In this document: one piece after another, positions 11,420-24,560 of the stretch
Layout: each line of letters opens with the position of its first letter
Position numbering within the stretch: the first letter of the stretch is position 1
Source of the DNA: Welwitschia mirabilis
Taxonomy: Eukaryota
Length of the DNA stretch: 64,000 nucleotides
NCBI GenBank assembly: GCA_051453625.1
Contig: JBOZIK010000001.1
Location: 16,166,988 to 16,230,987, forward strand
Direction: 5' to 3'
The notes under the pieces: model-generated
Seen by the model: only the letters and a program-made list of their open reading frames with translations
Databases searched by the model: none
What the model was told of the DNA's origin: nothing
Translations under genes and position numbers: made by a program

Positions 11420-14040
11420 TTTACCCACTAAAATGCTAGAGTCCTTCTTGAGTTTGCTAAATGGAAACACCAATGCTGGAGAAACCTTAAATAATTTGTT
11501 AAAGAAGCTTGTCAATGCACAAAAGCTTCTAATTTTCTTTGAATACCATGGAATAGATTATTATTTAATAATTGCAATCTTTCTTAGATCCTTTTCTAAA
11601 CCTTATTAAAATTATGGTGCTTAAAAATACTAATTTTTTATACATGAATATAAATTTTTAAATTTTGGTAAATGTAACATTCTTATTTTCTTAACATTAT
11701 CCATACCATTTTCAAGTGTTGTAAGCCTTTTTATTTTCTACTATGATATATCAAAATATCATCAATAGAAAATACTATAAATTTTTTAAGAAAATATCTC
11801 AGTACCTTTATTTTCATTCTGATAAAAATGGTAAGAACATACCTTTAACTAAAATTACATAATCAACTATTCATAGAGGTCATTAGGTATTTTAATTATA
11901 TCCTTTCACTTATCTCCTTCCCTTATGTGAATTTGATAATATCTATTTTTTAGATCAATGTTATTAAACTAGTAATTCCCTACTAAAATATGTAAGATAC
12001 CATATGTTCTTGAAATTAGAAACTAGTATTCAATAGTGAATTTATTGATGGATTGTAAATCCACTCATATTTTTATCTCTTGGATGTCTTTTCTTGTATT
12101 AAAATCATAGGCATATTACATTCAGATAAGATTTTATTAATGAGTCCTTTTTATAAAAGTTCTTAGATCCACCTTTATATCTCCTCCTTCTTTAATATCA
12201 TCTAGTAGGTACCTTTGTCAAAACTTGAAAATCTTAAATTAATTTGTGTTTAGTATTATATAGTTTTCTTTAGAGCTAGCTTAATAGAAAGCTATTTCGT
12301 CTAAATGTTTTTAAATTCATTTCTTAATTATTTAGCTTATGAAATACATGGTTGCATAATATATTTATTTTATGATATTGGTCTCATCATCACCATGAGT
12401 GCATATGTTTCTTCCTTTGCTTCACAAAGAAAATCCTTTCTATATAGATATTAAATGATTAAACAATCACTATTTTCTTTCTCTTCTATTAGTTTAAAAC
12501 TAAACTAATCATTACTTTTTATGATGAAATAAGTATTTGGGACATTATCATCTTTACTTTTTACATCAAATTAATAATTATTTTTGAGAAAGATATGGAA
12601 TTCATCCATTGTTATTACATCACATAACACATGATCATGATAATTATCTATATTAAATCTTACCAAGCATGGTTTCTTTAGTACCACATGATGACCCTTT
12701 CTAAGCTATGATATCTTATGTGGTGTATGATATGGCTTCACTTTAAAAAAAAAAAAATCTATTTATGTGGAAACAAAAATACCAAAGTACCTACCAAAGT
12801 ACCTATAATATATAATAATTCAACAAATTTTATCATTGAGTATGTGTCTTTAGAGAGTCTATTGTTTTGGCATAATTCTTCTTTCTATCATTTCCCTTTG
12901 ATTAAAATACTTTTAATCCATAAGTTACTCTTTGATTTTTCTTTTTTACTTTATTCATTAATTTTCATTATTTTATGTTGTTTATCTCATTAAAATAGAG
13001 GTTTGTTTTTACATGTGTGGACAATCATAAGATTATTGTTTATTGTATCTGCTGATGAATAAAATCAAAGGTTTTTCTCTACCTCTACTTTATTCTCTTC
13101 TTTCCTTTTTACTAATGAAATAATATCATTTTTAGATTGTTTAATTTTCTCTTTGTCATTCTAATAGTTCTCTTCTAGCTCTATCACCTTCATATGTTTC
13201 TTTATTTACTTATTTTTTTTTTCTTTTGCTATTGAAACATAAAAGTATGATTCCTCTAAATGTTTGTAAATGTGCATGTTTATTTATATTGAATTAAGAA
13301 TCTCAACCTATTCATAAAACATGCAATCTATTCTTCCATGATTCCAATGGGGTTAGCATGGATAGGATATTGATAAAGTTATTTCATTTATTCTTTGATA
13401 CTCTTATTTTATTTCTTCAAAGTTTGGATCCTACTAATTACATTAATCTTATATGTTAAAATGGAATAATTATTCCACATCTTTTCTTCAGGTTTCCTAT
13501 ATCTTAAAGTGGTTACAATCTTCTTTTTATGTGATCTTATTGTTTTCTCTTCCATTAAGTTACTATTAATCTTTTGAGTTTACTCCACATCGTCTTTGTC
13601 AAAATGTTTTTCTATATGTCTAATATAATCCAAGAGCATGTTGGATTTCATACTCTTATTACACAATGATACTTTTACAATGAATTTGCTTTCAACTATT
13701 TCTATGACCTTTTACATCTCTTCTTATATCCTTCAAATTTTCAAGAAATCTTTTCATAGAGTCTTTGTTTTCTTTTCTTTCTTGTTTTTGTTTTTTTTTT
13801 TAAATATTACTTTTGATGAATTGATTTACACATTCTTCTAGAATCGCTATAGGATTTATATTCTTTACCATCTTCATTACTACCAATATTACCTCATTCT
13901 TTTATTCTTGTGTTTCCATTAGATTATCAAAATTAGTTATATAAATCTTAGCAGTATTTCATGGTCTTTCCTTAGGAATCACAATAAGATTATGATAAAA
14001 TCATATGTTTCTTTTCTTCATTGATGCCATTCAATAATCA
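11420..14040 (-). pseudogene. Decayed CRM/chromovirus-type gag-protease-RT, copy A (truncated after RT)
   Basis: Minus strand: DLQSINKFTIEY*F, IDLKNRYYQIHIREGDK*K (~11905-11960), LYE*LIM, FIVFSIDDILIY (~11745-11785), IRSFCALTSFF (~11500-11535). These match the chromovirus/CRM RT consensus [24 protein letters not shown]...VYFDDILIYS...VRSFHGLASFY. Confidence 0.85.
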
Positions 14041-14055
14041 TATAATTTCAATCTT

Positions 14056-14068
14056 GGATATAATACCA
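14056..14068 (-). other. Decayed tRNA-Met primer binding site, copy A
   Basis: GGATATAATACCA resembles GCTCTGATACCA; it lies 3 nt from a TGA-starting LTR. The homologous site in copy B reads GCTCTAATATTA (55035-55046). Confidence 0.6.
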
Positions 14069-14071
14069 ATC

Positions 14072-14545
14072 TGACATAAACTGCAATAGAGAATGATATA
14101 ACTAGAAAAAATGTATATAAAATAGATCAGAAAAATGAATTTATATTATTGAAGAGTAAATAAATTTCTTTTATTTTTAAGTGTATAGTTCTTATGTTCT
14201 AATTTTTCAATTGTAGTACATTAAATGGATGTTTATATTAAATATTGTAACTACACAAGACTTTTAAAATAAATAGAATATGGTCAATTATTAAGAAAAC
14301 TATTGGAAGTGAGTTATCAATTAAAGAAATTAAAATTATATATTTTTTTAACTATATTCTTCTATGTTTTTTCTATTCTTAATAATTTATTACCCTTATT
14401 TATAATTCTAGTCTAAACATTTTTATTTTATTTTGACTTTGCTTTTTCTCATGCATTAAATATGTTAAAGTACATGTAGTATAACACTTAAACTTTAATA
14501 GTTGAAACTCATGACTTATATAAATGTTTGAACCAATAATATTAA
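14072..14545 (-). repeat. Putative 5' LTR of composite copy A
   Basis: Starts TGACAT after the PBS. Aligns with 55050-55424, 55864-55910 and 56787-~56835 (e.g. ATGTTAAAGT...TTGAAACTCA shared). Right boundary approximate. Confidence 0.55.
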
Positions 14546-14579
14546 ATGTTTATTTAGAAAATATATATTATTGTAATGT

Positions 14580-16218
14580 TAATTAAAATATAATAGTAAT
14601 TAATAGGATGTACGGGTTGAATTTAATTTATTCCCATTTGTTTTATTTACATTTCATGTTAACATATCATGCTCATAGCTAGTTCCATGCATAATGTGAT
14701 CCATATTGTAATTTATTCTTAACATTTTACTTTATGATATCTAATCCATTCATGATTTTCTTTGAAAACAAATTATAACCATTAATACCTTCTACTTGAA
14801 TATATCATTAATAGCATGATAAATTATTAATGTTGTAGAATATGAATTGTTTATTATTTTTTAATGTATATGTAAAAATTGAAATTAAATATACTTTTTA
14901 TCTATTTTTGAATAATATTATTTTCATTCATTAATTAGGAAAAGGAATTATTTACATGTGATTAACTTAATCTTAGTTTCTATTATTTCAAATCAACATA
15001 TAATAGCTTTCATAAAATACAAAAGATAAGTTATTAATTACCTTAGCTAGCTACTCATTACTCTTACCTAGGGATCTTTTAATAGTGCATGATAAACATG
15101 TTCCCTAATATGATTAAAGAACTTATATTCATAAAATATTTCATTAATAACTTCTCTATATTTAATGAGAGATGTGATTCTTTCTTATATCATTTAAAAC
15201 TTTTTCTTATAGGTTGTGAAAAGAAAATTTTTACTCATAAGTAGGATAAAAATCATTTCATGGTTATCAAAGGTATTATCCTAGGACCTATAATTTTTGA
15301 AAAATAGATAGAAATAAAGCTTAGTAATATTCAACTTATCACTTATCTTTCCTTTCTTAGAACCATAAAAGACACTAGTTTTTTTTTTTTTAAATGTTAG
15401 ATAGTATAGAATAATTATTCACAATTTCTTTATAAATTTAAAATTCTAATTAATGCTCTTGTCAAGGATGCCCATCTTTTTGACATCCTAAATACTAAGT
15501 AATCTTTAACATAGTAAAATTTCTTCAAAATTCATCTTCTATCTTACAAACTCTTGATTAGTCACTTCTCTTATGTTACTAGTGATATAATCACTTATTC
15601 CTTAAAAGTGGATTTAGGACAAAGAAGAAATGACAAATGGCATGTTACTTACTATGCAAAAATACATTACAAGATCTTAAGTTTAATTAAACAACAATTT
15701 GAAAATACCTATTAGTAATAGTTTTTACCTTGGAAGAATTTAGATCATATCTTATAATGAAAAACCTATTACCTTTATTAATCACTTTACTCTTAAATAT
15801 ATATTAGATAAGAGATAATTTAAGGATAGCTTAGTGATATTGGTATTACTACTAAAATATTTCAACCTTAAATTTACACATAAGAAATAAGTAGAAGGTG
15901 AATTTGTAGATCAATTATTCTATATTAGACTATACTAACCTTCTTCTTTAGACTTATTACCTATAAATGATACATTTTCTAATAATAATATTATAATGTT
16001 GCAAAAGAAACCTTATTATACTAATATACATAATTATCTTATTATGCATAAAATTCTTGATAACTATAATACTCAAGATAAGGAATAATTCTTTCAAACT
16101 AAATAAATACTTTGAAATGATCCTCATTTTTTAAGATACTATTCTAAGAAAAACATTCATAAATACATTTCACAATATGAAACTTTGAATGTCTTAAAAT
16201 TTGCACATGATGAAGTAT
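14580..16218 (+). pseudogene. Decayed Athila-type RT-RNaseH-integrase N-terminus, copy B (left part)
   Basis: CMINMFPNMIKE (~15085), FINNFSI, DKNHFMVIKGIILG (~15245), LGQRRNDKWHVTYYAK (~15615-15660), AHDE at the junction. Homologous to 5690-7310. Confidence 0.85.
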
Positions 16219-18748
16219 TACTATTAGAAATATAGGCTTTCAAGGAATTTATTTTGTAAACACCTTAAGCACTACAAGAAATGTAGGATTTTAAGGCATT
16301 AATTAAAATAAAGGCCTTAAGTATAAGGCTTTTTAAACCATTTATTTTAAAAAATTCCTTGATAAAAACAATAATAAGATTCTTAAGATATTTTTCTAAA
16401 TAAATGCCTTAAAAGGTTTTTTTAATAATTGTTTTAAAGAATTTATTAAAAAATTCCTTAAAAGTAAGGCATGTATCTAGTTTTTTAAGTGTTTAAAAAA
16501 CAAATGCCTTGAAATATAGGTTTTAAAAAACACCGAAATGATGCTAAAATAATAAGAATCAGACTTTTTTTTTGATAAAATGTAAAAACTTTTAAGAACT
16601 ATCACCCCACCTTCTTCCTTTTTCCAATATGTTGTTTGAACCTTCCATCAAATTCCATGCTTTACTACCTCTGCTCTAATCTTGATGTGTAAGCTGTTAG
16701 CTTTCTAGCCTTTGATAGATGTTTTACTATTCATATTAGACTGAGGTTATGTAGAAATTATTTTTGCAGTTATTCTATGTATTCTCTCTCTTTTCTCATT
16801 AAATTTTCTCTAAGTATATATAAGGGTTTTATTTAGATTTAAGATCTCTTTTATTAGATTAGGCAAAATTAATACAAAATTAGTTATGGCATTTTTGTCT
16901 ATACAATTCATTGACTTTTCAAGAAGAGAACGGGACTCGAGCCTTCCTTTCTCTCCAACCTCTGCAGCACTCTCTCTAAGCTATAGAAAGAACAAAATAA
17001 GAAGTAGCAAGGAAGGTTATGAAGGTAGAAGTGAAAGTAATGAAATTACCAAGAAATGAATTAGACTTTTGGGAAGGACCTAAGTGGAATGCATTCAGCT
17101 TCAAAATTCAATACCTTTGGGATTTTGATGTCATTTTTGCAGTATTGCTCTCAACATATTATCTTTTATGTCTTCATCCTTTTTGATATCCTAACAAGAT
17201 ATCTTGAGTGTAAAATTTATAGTTTTTATGATTTATGCCATCAGCTTTCTATTACTAGTGGATACTGTGTTCTCACTTTCATTTCTTCAAATAAAAATCT
17301 ACAAATTTGGAAGATTGAAGTTGTATGTTCTTTAGACATGGAACATGAGTTGATCCTTCCATTTTCATTTTTTGTGCTTAGTTTCTTGACTTGATTAGAA
17401 GCCAATCTGGCATCCAACCGAGATCACATTCACAATAGAATGCATTATTTAAGACAAGCATCATTCTCTATTTATAATACGTTTACATAAAAATAGAGGA
17501 AGCTAAACCTAATAAGCATAAGTTCAAAAATTAATGACAAGTAAATGATTGAATCTTTGTGAACTACTTGAAAGAGCCATTGGAATAAGTGCACTAAGGC
17601 ATGTATTCTTACATATTATTTTCTTTAGAGGCATTCCTCAAGCTTTAATGTAGTGCATGCAATGTATGAAAATAGTAATCTCATCAAGCTACTAAAGGTA
17701 TTTTTGTAACTTAAATTCCTTTTTCCTTTAGAATGTATTGTAACTTCAAATGAGACATTGGTGAGCATTTTATACTTACTAAGAGGCTAACATACTTTTT
17801 TGAGGTTTTATTTTATTTTTGCAAATTATTGGTTTACTAAGCATTTCTTTATCTTAGAGAGTAATATATTTTTAAATTTTAAATTTTATTTTTAGAGATC
17901 AACTAGTTTTTTTCAAGTTTTAATTATTTAATACCTTTTAAGTTCCTAATTTATATTTTAATTAAAAAAGGGTTCCTAAAAATATATGTTTTGAAGTGTT
18001 TTATATTTAAGGATTTAAATGGACAAAGAGGAAGTTAATGTACATTCATGTATAAATTTGAATCTTGGAATAATTTTAGGTTTTTAGCTTTATCACCTTA
18101 GAAGTTCTAATATATATGCTTAAAAGGCTTTTATATCGAAGGATGCCAGTGAACAAAGAATGGAAGTTAATGTTTGTATCATCTTGATTCATTATTATGA
18201 TCAACTATCTATAAAGGTGTGGATTTTTCTTTCCTTATAAAGAAAAGCCTACTTAGGTTTTAACAAGGGTGATATTAAGGTTGAGACTGAAGATGTTTTT
18301 TGAGGGTGGAAAATGATCAAGGTTGTAAATGATTTGCTAAGATTTGGTATTTTATTATAGAAATAGCATGTAGAAATTAAAGGAAAGCATAAAATATTTG
18401 TTGTAAACATAGAAAACTCATGCAATCATTGCAAGAATAATGAAAATGGTCAAATTTCATTTAAGAGCAACAAAACTATTTCTTTTGTTAATCAATTAAT
18501 AATACAAAGGGTCTATGCGCTCCCACTACATAGAGGATGATTTACAGAATGATTCCTTATTTGATCTTGGGATGTTTGGATGAATGAATGGTATGAGGTT
18601 TAGGATTTAAATGAAGTATGCAGTTAAAGGTTCATTAGAAAAAAGTATGCTTGAAAGATCAGATTATGGATAAATCATTAAAAATACTATTAGATTTCAA
18701 AATATGGATTAATTTGAGTATTTAAACATAAATTTAGGGTTTTAGATT

Positions 18749-19905
18749 TATGGCGGTGTGTATTTATGCAATGCTTACTTCCTGATTAGAATCCTATTAA
18801 TTACAAATAATAATGCATAACTACAACACACTAATAAAGATGGATTGAAAGAACGTTGTTACCTGGGTATATCGGGTCTCACTCAGTCTGGCTTTCGTGT
18901 CAATTAAAGTTGACCCAAATGTCATAATTCATCAAAGGTCAAAGTAGGAAATAAGAGAGTTGCTTTCAAAAGAGAAACACTGGTAACCTAATCTACAGAA
19001 ATAACTTGCAATGCATAAAAATAAAATAAAACATACTTGTGTAAAGCTTAATCTAGGAAAAAGAAACAATAATGCACTTAACCTAACTAACCAAGTACAA
19101 CCTTGACAAAGGTTGCCCTTATAAATAGATCACAAGAGAAACTGTCACCAGATCTCAAGAAACATAAGAAATAAGAGAGAAAAACATTTACACATTGATG
19201 CACAAAAAGGAAATATTTTGTATTAAGATTCGAACTACATCCATGTTAAAAAGTAGATGCACCTCAATGGAGGAAATGCTGCCCAATACTAAATAAATCT
19301 CTCTTTGAAACAAGAGGGAAAAGCTTCAATCCTTCAATCTCTAGTCATGAGAATTTCGAGTGTAAATGGAGATAACTAGGAGTTAAAGGGGAGATCTCTA
19401 TTTATTAACTAAAGATACAAAATATCACAAATAGGAAGATGTGGGTAAACCTTAACAACTGCGTAAAGAGAAAATGGAAGTTTAAGTGGAAAAAGTTTGG
19501 TAAATGTTTAGTATAGATGTTACAACAATGTCATCTAGCTACTTATCCAAACAATAGAAGTGACGGTGCCATCTCATAGTTGATCCACATCAGCTACTGG
19601 TTAGACCTTAGTTAGCATCCAGTTTGAATGGTTGTCTATACTATCATCTAGATAATGTGATGGATGATGGCCTTTAATAATTATTAATTCATTGCATTAG
19701 CCTTAATGTTTGGAGGAATTTATGATCAGAAATACAAAGTATTCATATTTGTTTAGAATGCTTATGAATTATCATGGAGATTGCATATTTTCATCCTTTT
19801 CATCTTAACTCTCCATTATCATGAAAACCAAGCATTTACCTATCTATTTATCTATAAAATAACTCAAAATATCCTATTAAAAATGTATAAGTTGGTAGTG
19901 TAACA
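18749..19905 (-). repeat. Athila-like LTR (3')
   Basis: Aligns with 33309-34349 (shared GTGTGTATTTATGCAA start and AAAGTAGGAAATAAGAGA block). Confidence 0.9.
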
Positions 19906-20419
19906 TTACCCCTCACTTACCCTTGTCAGTTTTTAAAAAAGCCAAACATTAAACTGCATTCATGAGCTAATGTATTAGACAGTAAAACAACTAGGATACT
20001 TGAAGAATTTTTCTCAGAAATATTTGCAGAATATTTTAGAGATAGAAAACTAAATTGATGAAAAATTAGAAACACTAAATAAAACAACACTAGTATAATC
20101 TTAAAAGTCAGTCGTCTGGGTCATTGTCAAGATCATGGAGGGAACAACAGGATCAGAAAATAGCTTTGAAATCTAGAACCTCTAATAAGATTTTATTTTT
20201 ATAGATAATTAGTTAAACATGACAAATAGCCCTATACTAAAATAAACAGTCAAGAATAAAAGATTTATCCAAGTACAATTAAATCCTCATCATAAAAATT
20301 GAAAGATAATCATGTAAAAATTAGAAAGAAATGAGTACACCATTCTGGAAAAATGATATATCTATACAATATTAGAAGAGAGTTTTTAGCACAAAAAGTG
20401 TAGAAGAAAAGATATAAAA

Positions 20420-21720
20420 TATAATGCAAAATCACTCCCCTCGTCTATGCATGATGAACTATGGTTTAGCAGCTAGCTCAAGAATAGGGGAAGAAGAAGA
20501 AGAATGCTCAAGATTCATAGGGAGATGGGAATCTAGAGATGTAATAATGGACCTAACTATCTTATTGCCCCAGATACAAAATGACTTTGGAATATTTATA
20601 GTCATACTCTACTAAATAGAGATAATGCACTTACACATGTCCACCATCTAATTCTCTGTGTGCTATACTTTTCTCTCGATAGATAAGATCCATTTCTCAA
20701 CTATCTGCTTAAGGTCTGGATCCTCTGATTAAATGCCTAGATACCTATGTCAATGAAACCTCTAATGATCTCAGTGGTCTCATTCAAAAGAGCCTGAATC
20801 TGCTCTAAGAAAGCTCCAATCATAGGCCTCTGAACCTGAGGTCTCTTTACCTCTCTTGGTACCTATATATCCATGTTTTATAGGTACTAAGTAGAAGTTT
20901 GAATGTGAGAGATGTGTTGCTCATGTATGGGCTCTAGTATCCCAAATCATCTGAAAAGAGCTGAGAGGAGGCATGGATATCCAAGTTTCTGTAAGTGTTA
21001 TGCCTCTATCATGGACCTGAGTCTTCTCCAGATAAAAGTGGGTAAGTCCATCTACTTCCCCTGATAAAAAGCTATTAGAATCTATAAACATGCCACCATG
21101 GAGTGACTATCATGAAATGATGAACTAATGTTATGAATTATTCCTCTATGCAAAAATCTATAGGTGGGGGTCATCTGAGTAACATTTACCACCCATCGAT
21201 CTATAGTCAAGTCAGCTATTATGTCTAGTATGGCATCATAGGCTCGACGCTCCTCTGTTCTACTAGCTAAATGGATATGCATACTTCCACATCCTTTAAA
21301 ATCTATAATAACTGTAATGTGGGATGAGATAAGAGCTATCTCGTAGTCTCATATGAAGGCAACAGTCATATCATGAAGTTGACCACTAGCATCAGGTTGC
21401 CTCTCTATATGCATGGTGTCATAAAACTCTCTCATCTCTGATGTATAATATGAGAAATGTGCATCTATGATCCATCTGAGGCATAAATCTATTAATATTT
21501 GATCTACCTCTAGCTTGATATAACACATGAAGTCTCCAGAATGTCACTCGACATGGATACTAGTTGTCTGAATACTCAAGGATCATCCGTGTCGAGGTGC
21601 TGGATGCATAGGCTTTGCATGCTCTATTTTAGACTAAATCAAAGGGTCCATCTCCTAATATATAGCTCATCCACAACCTCAACTAGTCTAGCTCTAAGCA
21701 TACATTGCCTACTTAATCGA
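20420..21720 (-). pseudogene. Athila extra (env-like / plant transposon protein) ORF remnant, first copy
   Basis: Minus strand REFYDTMHI (~21405-21435) and ORF fragment 21082-21282, located between pol and the 3' LTR as in Athila elements. Confidence 0.6.
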
Positions 21721-22058
21721 AAACACAAAATTATCGTGCAAAAACATATAGACAAGTTAAAACGTCATATGGTGCATAATAACAACCCATAAAATTAGTA
21801 AAAACTAGCAAAAATACTAAAAATATGTCTTACCCTTACTAAAATATGCAATGCATCTTGAATTACCTCAACATAAGAGAAAAATGGAGAAAATCGTGAA
21901 AAGTGTGAATCTAAATTTCTAGTTGGCCCCACATGAAGTGAAAGTTCAAAGTGCTCANNNNNNNNNNNNNNNNNNNNNNNNNNNNNNNNNNNNNNNNNNN
22001 NNNNNNNNNNNNNNNNNNNNNNNNNNNNNNNNNNNNNNNNNNNNNNNNNNNNNNNNNA

Positions 22059-22695
22059 CATCTCAATGGAGGAAACTCCACTTAACACTAAAGAAAACAT
22101 CTCGCTACAACTACACGGATGGATATTTAGCCCTCTAGTTATAAGAATTGTAGGTGAAAATAAAGATAAGTAGGATTTAAGGGCAAGATCTCTATTTATT
22201 TACTCAAACACACATTAACAAAGACAAAAAGATAGGGTAAACCATAAGGTCATGTGAGGAGAAATGAAAAATACATGTGGTAGAAGTTAGATGAATGTCA
22301 GTATAGACATTACAATAGTGTCATTTATCTAGTCTTCTAGATGATAGAAGAGATTATGATATATTATAATTAATCTACATTAGTCTTTAGATAAACTACA
22401 GTCAATATCCAATTGGTATGATCATCCATACAGTCATTTAAATGATGTGGTAAATGATGGGATTTGATAATTCTTCAATAATTACATCAACCTCAATGTT
22501 TTATAGAAATCTATTTTTGGAAATGTAAAGTATTTAGAATTATTCAGAATGTTATAAATTATTATAAAGATTGCATGTTTTCATCCTTTTCACCTTAGTT
22601 CTTCATTATTATAGAAATCAAGCATTTACCTATCTATTCACTTATAAAACCACTCAAAATACCCTATCAAATATGTGTAATTTGGTAGCACAACA
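22059..22695 (-). repeat. Athila-like LTR (internal third copy, left part in gap)
   Basis: CTCAATGGAGGAAA ... AAGCATTTACCTATCTATT ... GGTAGCACAACA matches 19263-19905. Confidence 0.85.
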
Positions 22696-23219
22696 TAGCC
22701 CTCCAGTTAGCCTTATTAGTCCCTAATAAAACAAAGTGGTAGACTATGTTTCTTAGCCAAATTATTAGATAATAAAATAGCTAGGGTACTTAAAGAAATC
22801 ATCTCAAAAAGATTTGTAGAAATTACAAAGATACAAACTAAATTTTAAAAAATTAAAAAGACTAAACATTTCTCCTACTATAAGCTTAGCTAGTTCATCA
22901 TCTAAGACATTATCTAGATGATGAAGGGGATAATAGGCTCAAATAAGATTTTTGAAAACTAGAACCTATGATAGAATTATTATTTTTAGAGATAATTAGT
23001 TAGAGTAATAGAATAGCCTCCAACTGAATAAAGTAGTAATAAATGAAAAATTACCTAAGTAAAGTAAAATGAATATTCATCATAACATTAAAAGATAATC
23101 ATAAAAAACTAGATACAAATAAGTGCATCATGCTAGAAAAATAATGGATCTATATAAATATCAGAAGAGAGTTTTTTAGTACAAAAAGTATATAGAAGGG
23201 GAGATACAAAATAACAATA

Positions 23220-24560
23220 AAATCACTTCAGTCTTCTATGCATGATGAACTATAGCTTGGCAACTGGCTTAAGAGTAAGGGAAGAAAAAGAAGGATGCTC
23301 AGGATCTGTGGGGAAATGGATGTCTAAAGAGGTAGAGATGGATTTAACAGTATTATCACCTTAGATACATACCACCTCAAGATTGTCTACAATTACACTT
23401 TACTGAATGGAAACAACATGCTAGCACATGTTAACCATCTAGTCCTTAGTGTGCTATACTCTCTTTTAATGAATAAGATACTCTACTTAAATGTCTGTTG
23501 TCTCTAATTAAGAATCTATATCCTCTGGTCAAGAACCTATGTCCTCTAATTAAGAGCCTAAATCCTCTGATTAAGTGTGTGGATACCTCTATCTAAGAAA
23601 CCTCTGATGGTTTTAGTAGTCTCAGCCAGGAGAGCCTAAATATGCTTAAGAGTAGCTCCAACCACAAGTCTCTATACTTGAGGTCTCTCTGCCTCTACTA
23701 AAACCTATATACCCATGTCCTGTAAATAGCAAGTAGATGTCTGAATGTGTGATAAATGTCCCTTACCCATGGGATCTAGTATCCCAAATAATCTAAAAAG
23801 TGCTAAGATAAGAAAAGGATAACCAAGTATCTAAAGACGTTATGCCTCTATTATATATCTGAGTCTCCTCCACATGAATGTAGGTACATCCATCTGCTCC
23901 TCCTGTCTAAAAGCTACCAAAATCTATAGATGTGCAACCATGGAATAACTATCATAAAAATATGGACTGATGTTATGAATTAGCCCTCTTTAAAGTGCCC
24001 TATATGCAATGGCAATTAAGTGATATTTACCCCCTATCGATTAGTAGTCAAATTAGCTAGTATATCTAAAATAATATCATAGGCTTAATGCTTCTCTATC
24101 CAACTAGCTAAATGAATGTGCATGCTTCCAAGCCTACAAAGATCTATAATAATTGTAATATGGGATGAGAGAATGGCTATCTAGTGGTCTCATATAAATG
24201 CCATAATCATGTCCTGTAAATGACCATAAGTGTCAGGTCGCCTCTTTATATGCATGGTGTCATAAAACTCCCTCACCTCTAACACATAATTTGATTCATG
24301 CACATCTATAATCCATTGGAGATATAAGTCAATCAATATCTAATCAAAGTTAGGCTCAATACGGCTCATGAAGTCATCAAAATATTACTCAATGTGTATG
24401 CTAATGGTCTGTATACTCAAGAAACAACCATGTCGAGGTGGTGGATGTGTAGGCTCCACACACTCAATCTCTTGCTCTACTAGAGAACCCATCTCCTATT
24501 CTACTACTTCAACCTCAACCTTGGTTTTTCTAGCTCTATGTGTACGAGGCCTACTCAATT
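23220..24560 (-). pseudogene. Athila extra ORF remnant, second copy
   Basis: Colinear with 20420-21720 (ATATGCATGGTGTCATAAAACTC shared; VREFYDTMHI on minus). Confidence 0.6.

Larger units (their letters stand above)
4989..14545. mobile_element. Composite gypsy unit, copy A (Athila-type pol +, two unknown ORF remnants +, CRM-type gag-pol -, PBS, LTR)
   Basis: Colinear by-eye alignment with 14550-16218 plus 45906-56835 across all modules; see sub-features. Confidence 0.75.

Noticed and set aside
11400-14050. Possible endogenous pararetrovirus (caulimovirid) on the minus strand
   Set aside because: The RT motifs ([18 protein letters not shown].SF), Met PBS and LTR fit a CRM-type gypsy element; no movement or coat protein motifs were seen.
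17400-18300. CACTA transposase remnants (H..F.RGI, IYKG.DFS-like fragments)
   Set aside because: Similarity is too faint to call without a profile search.
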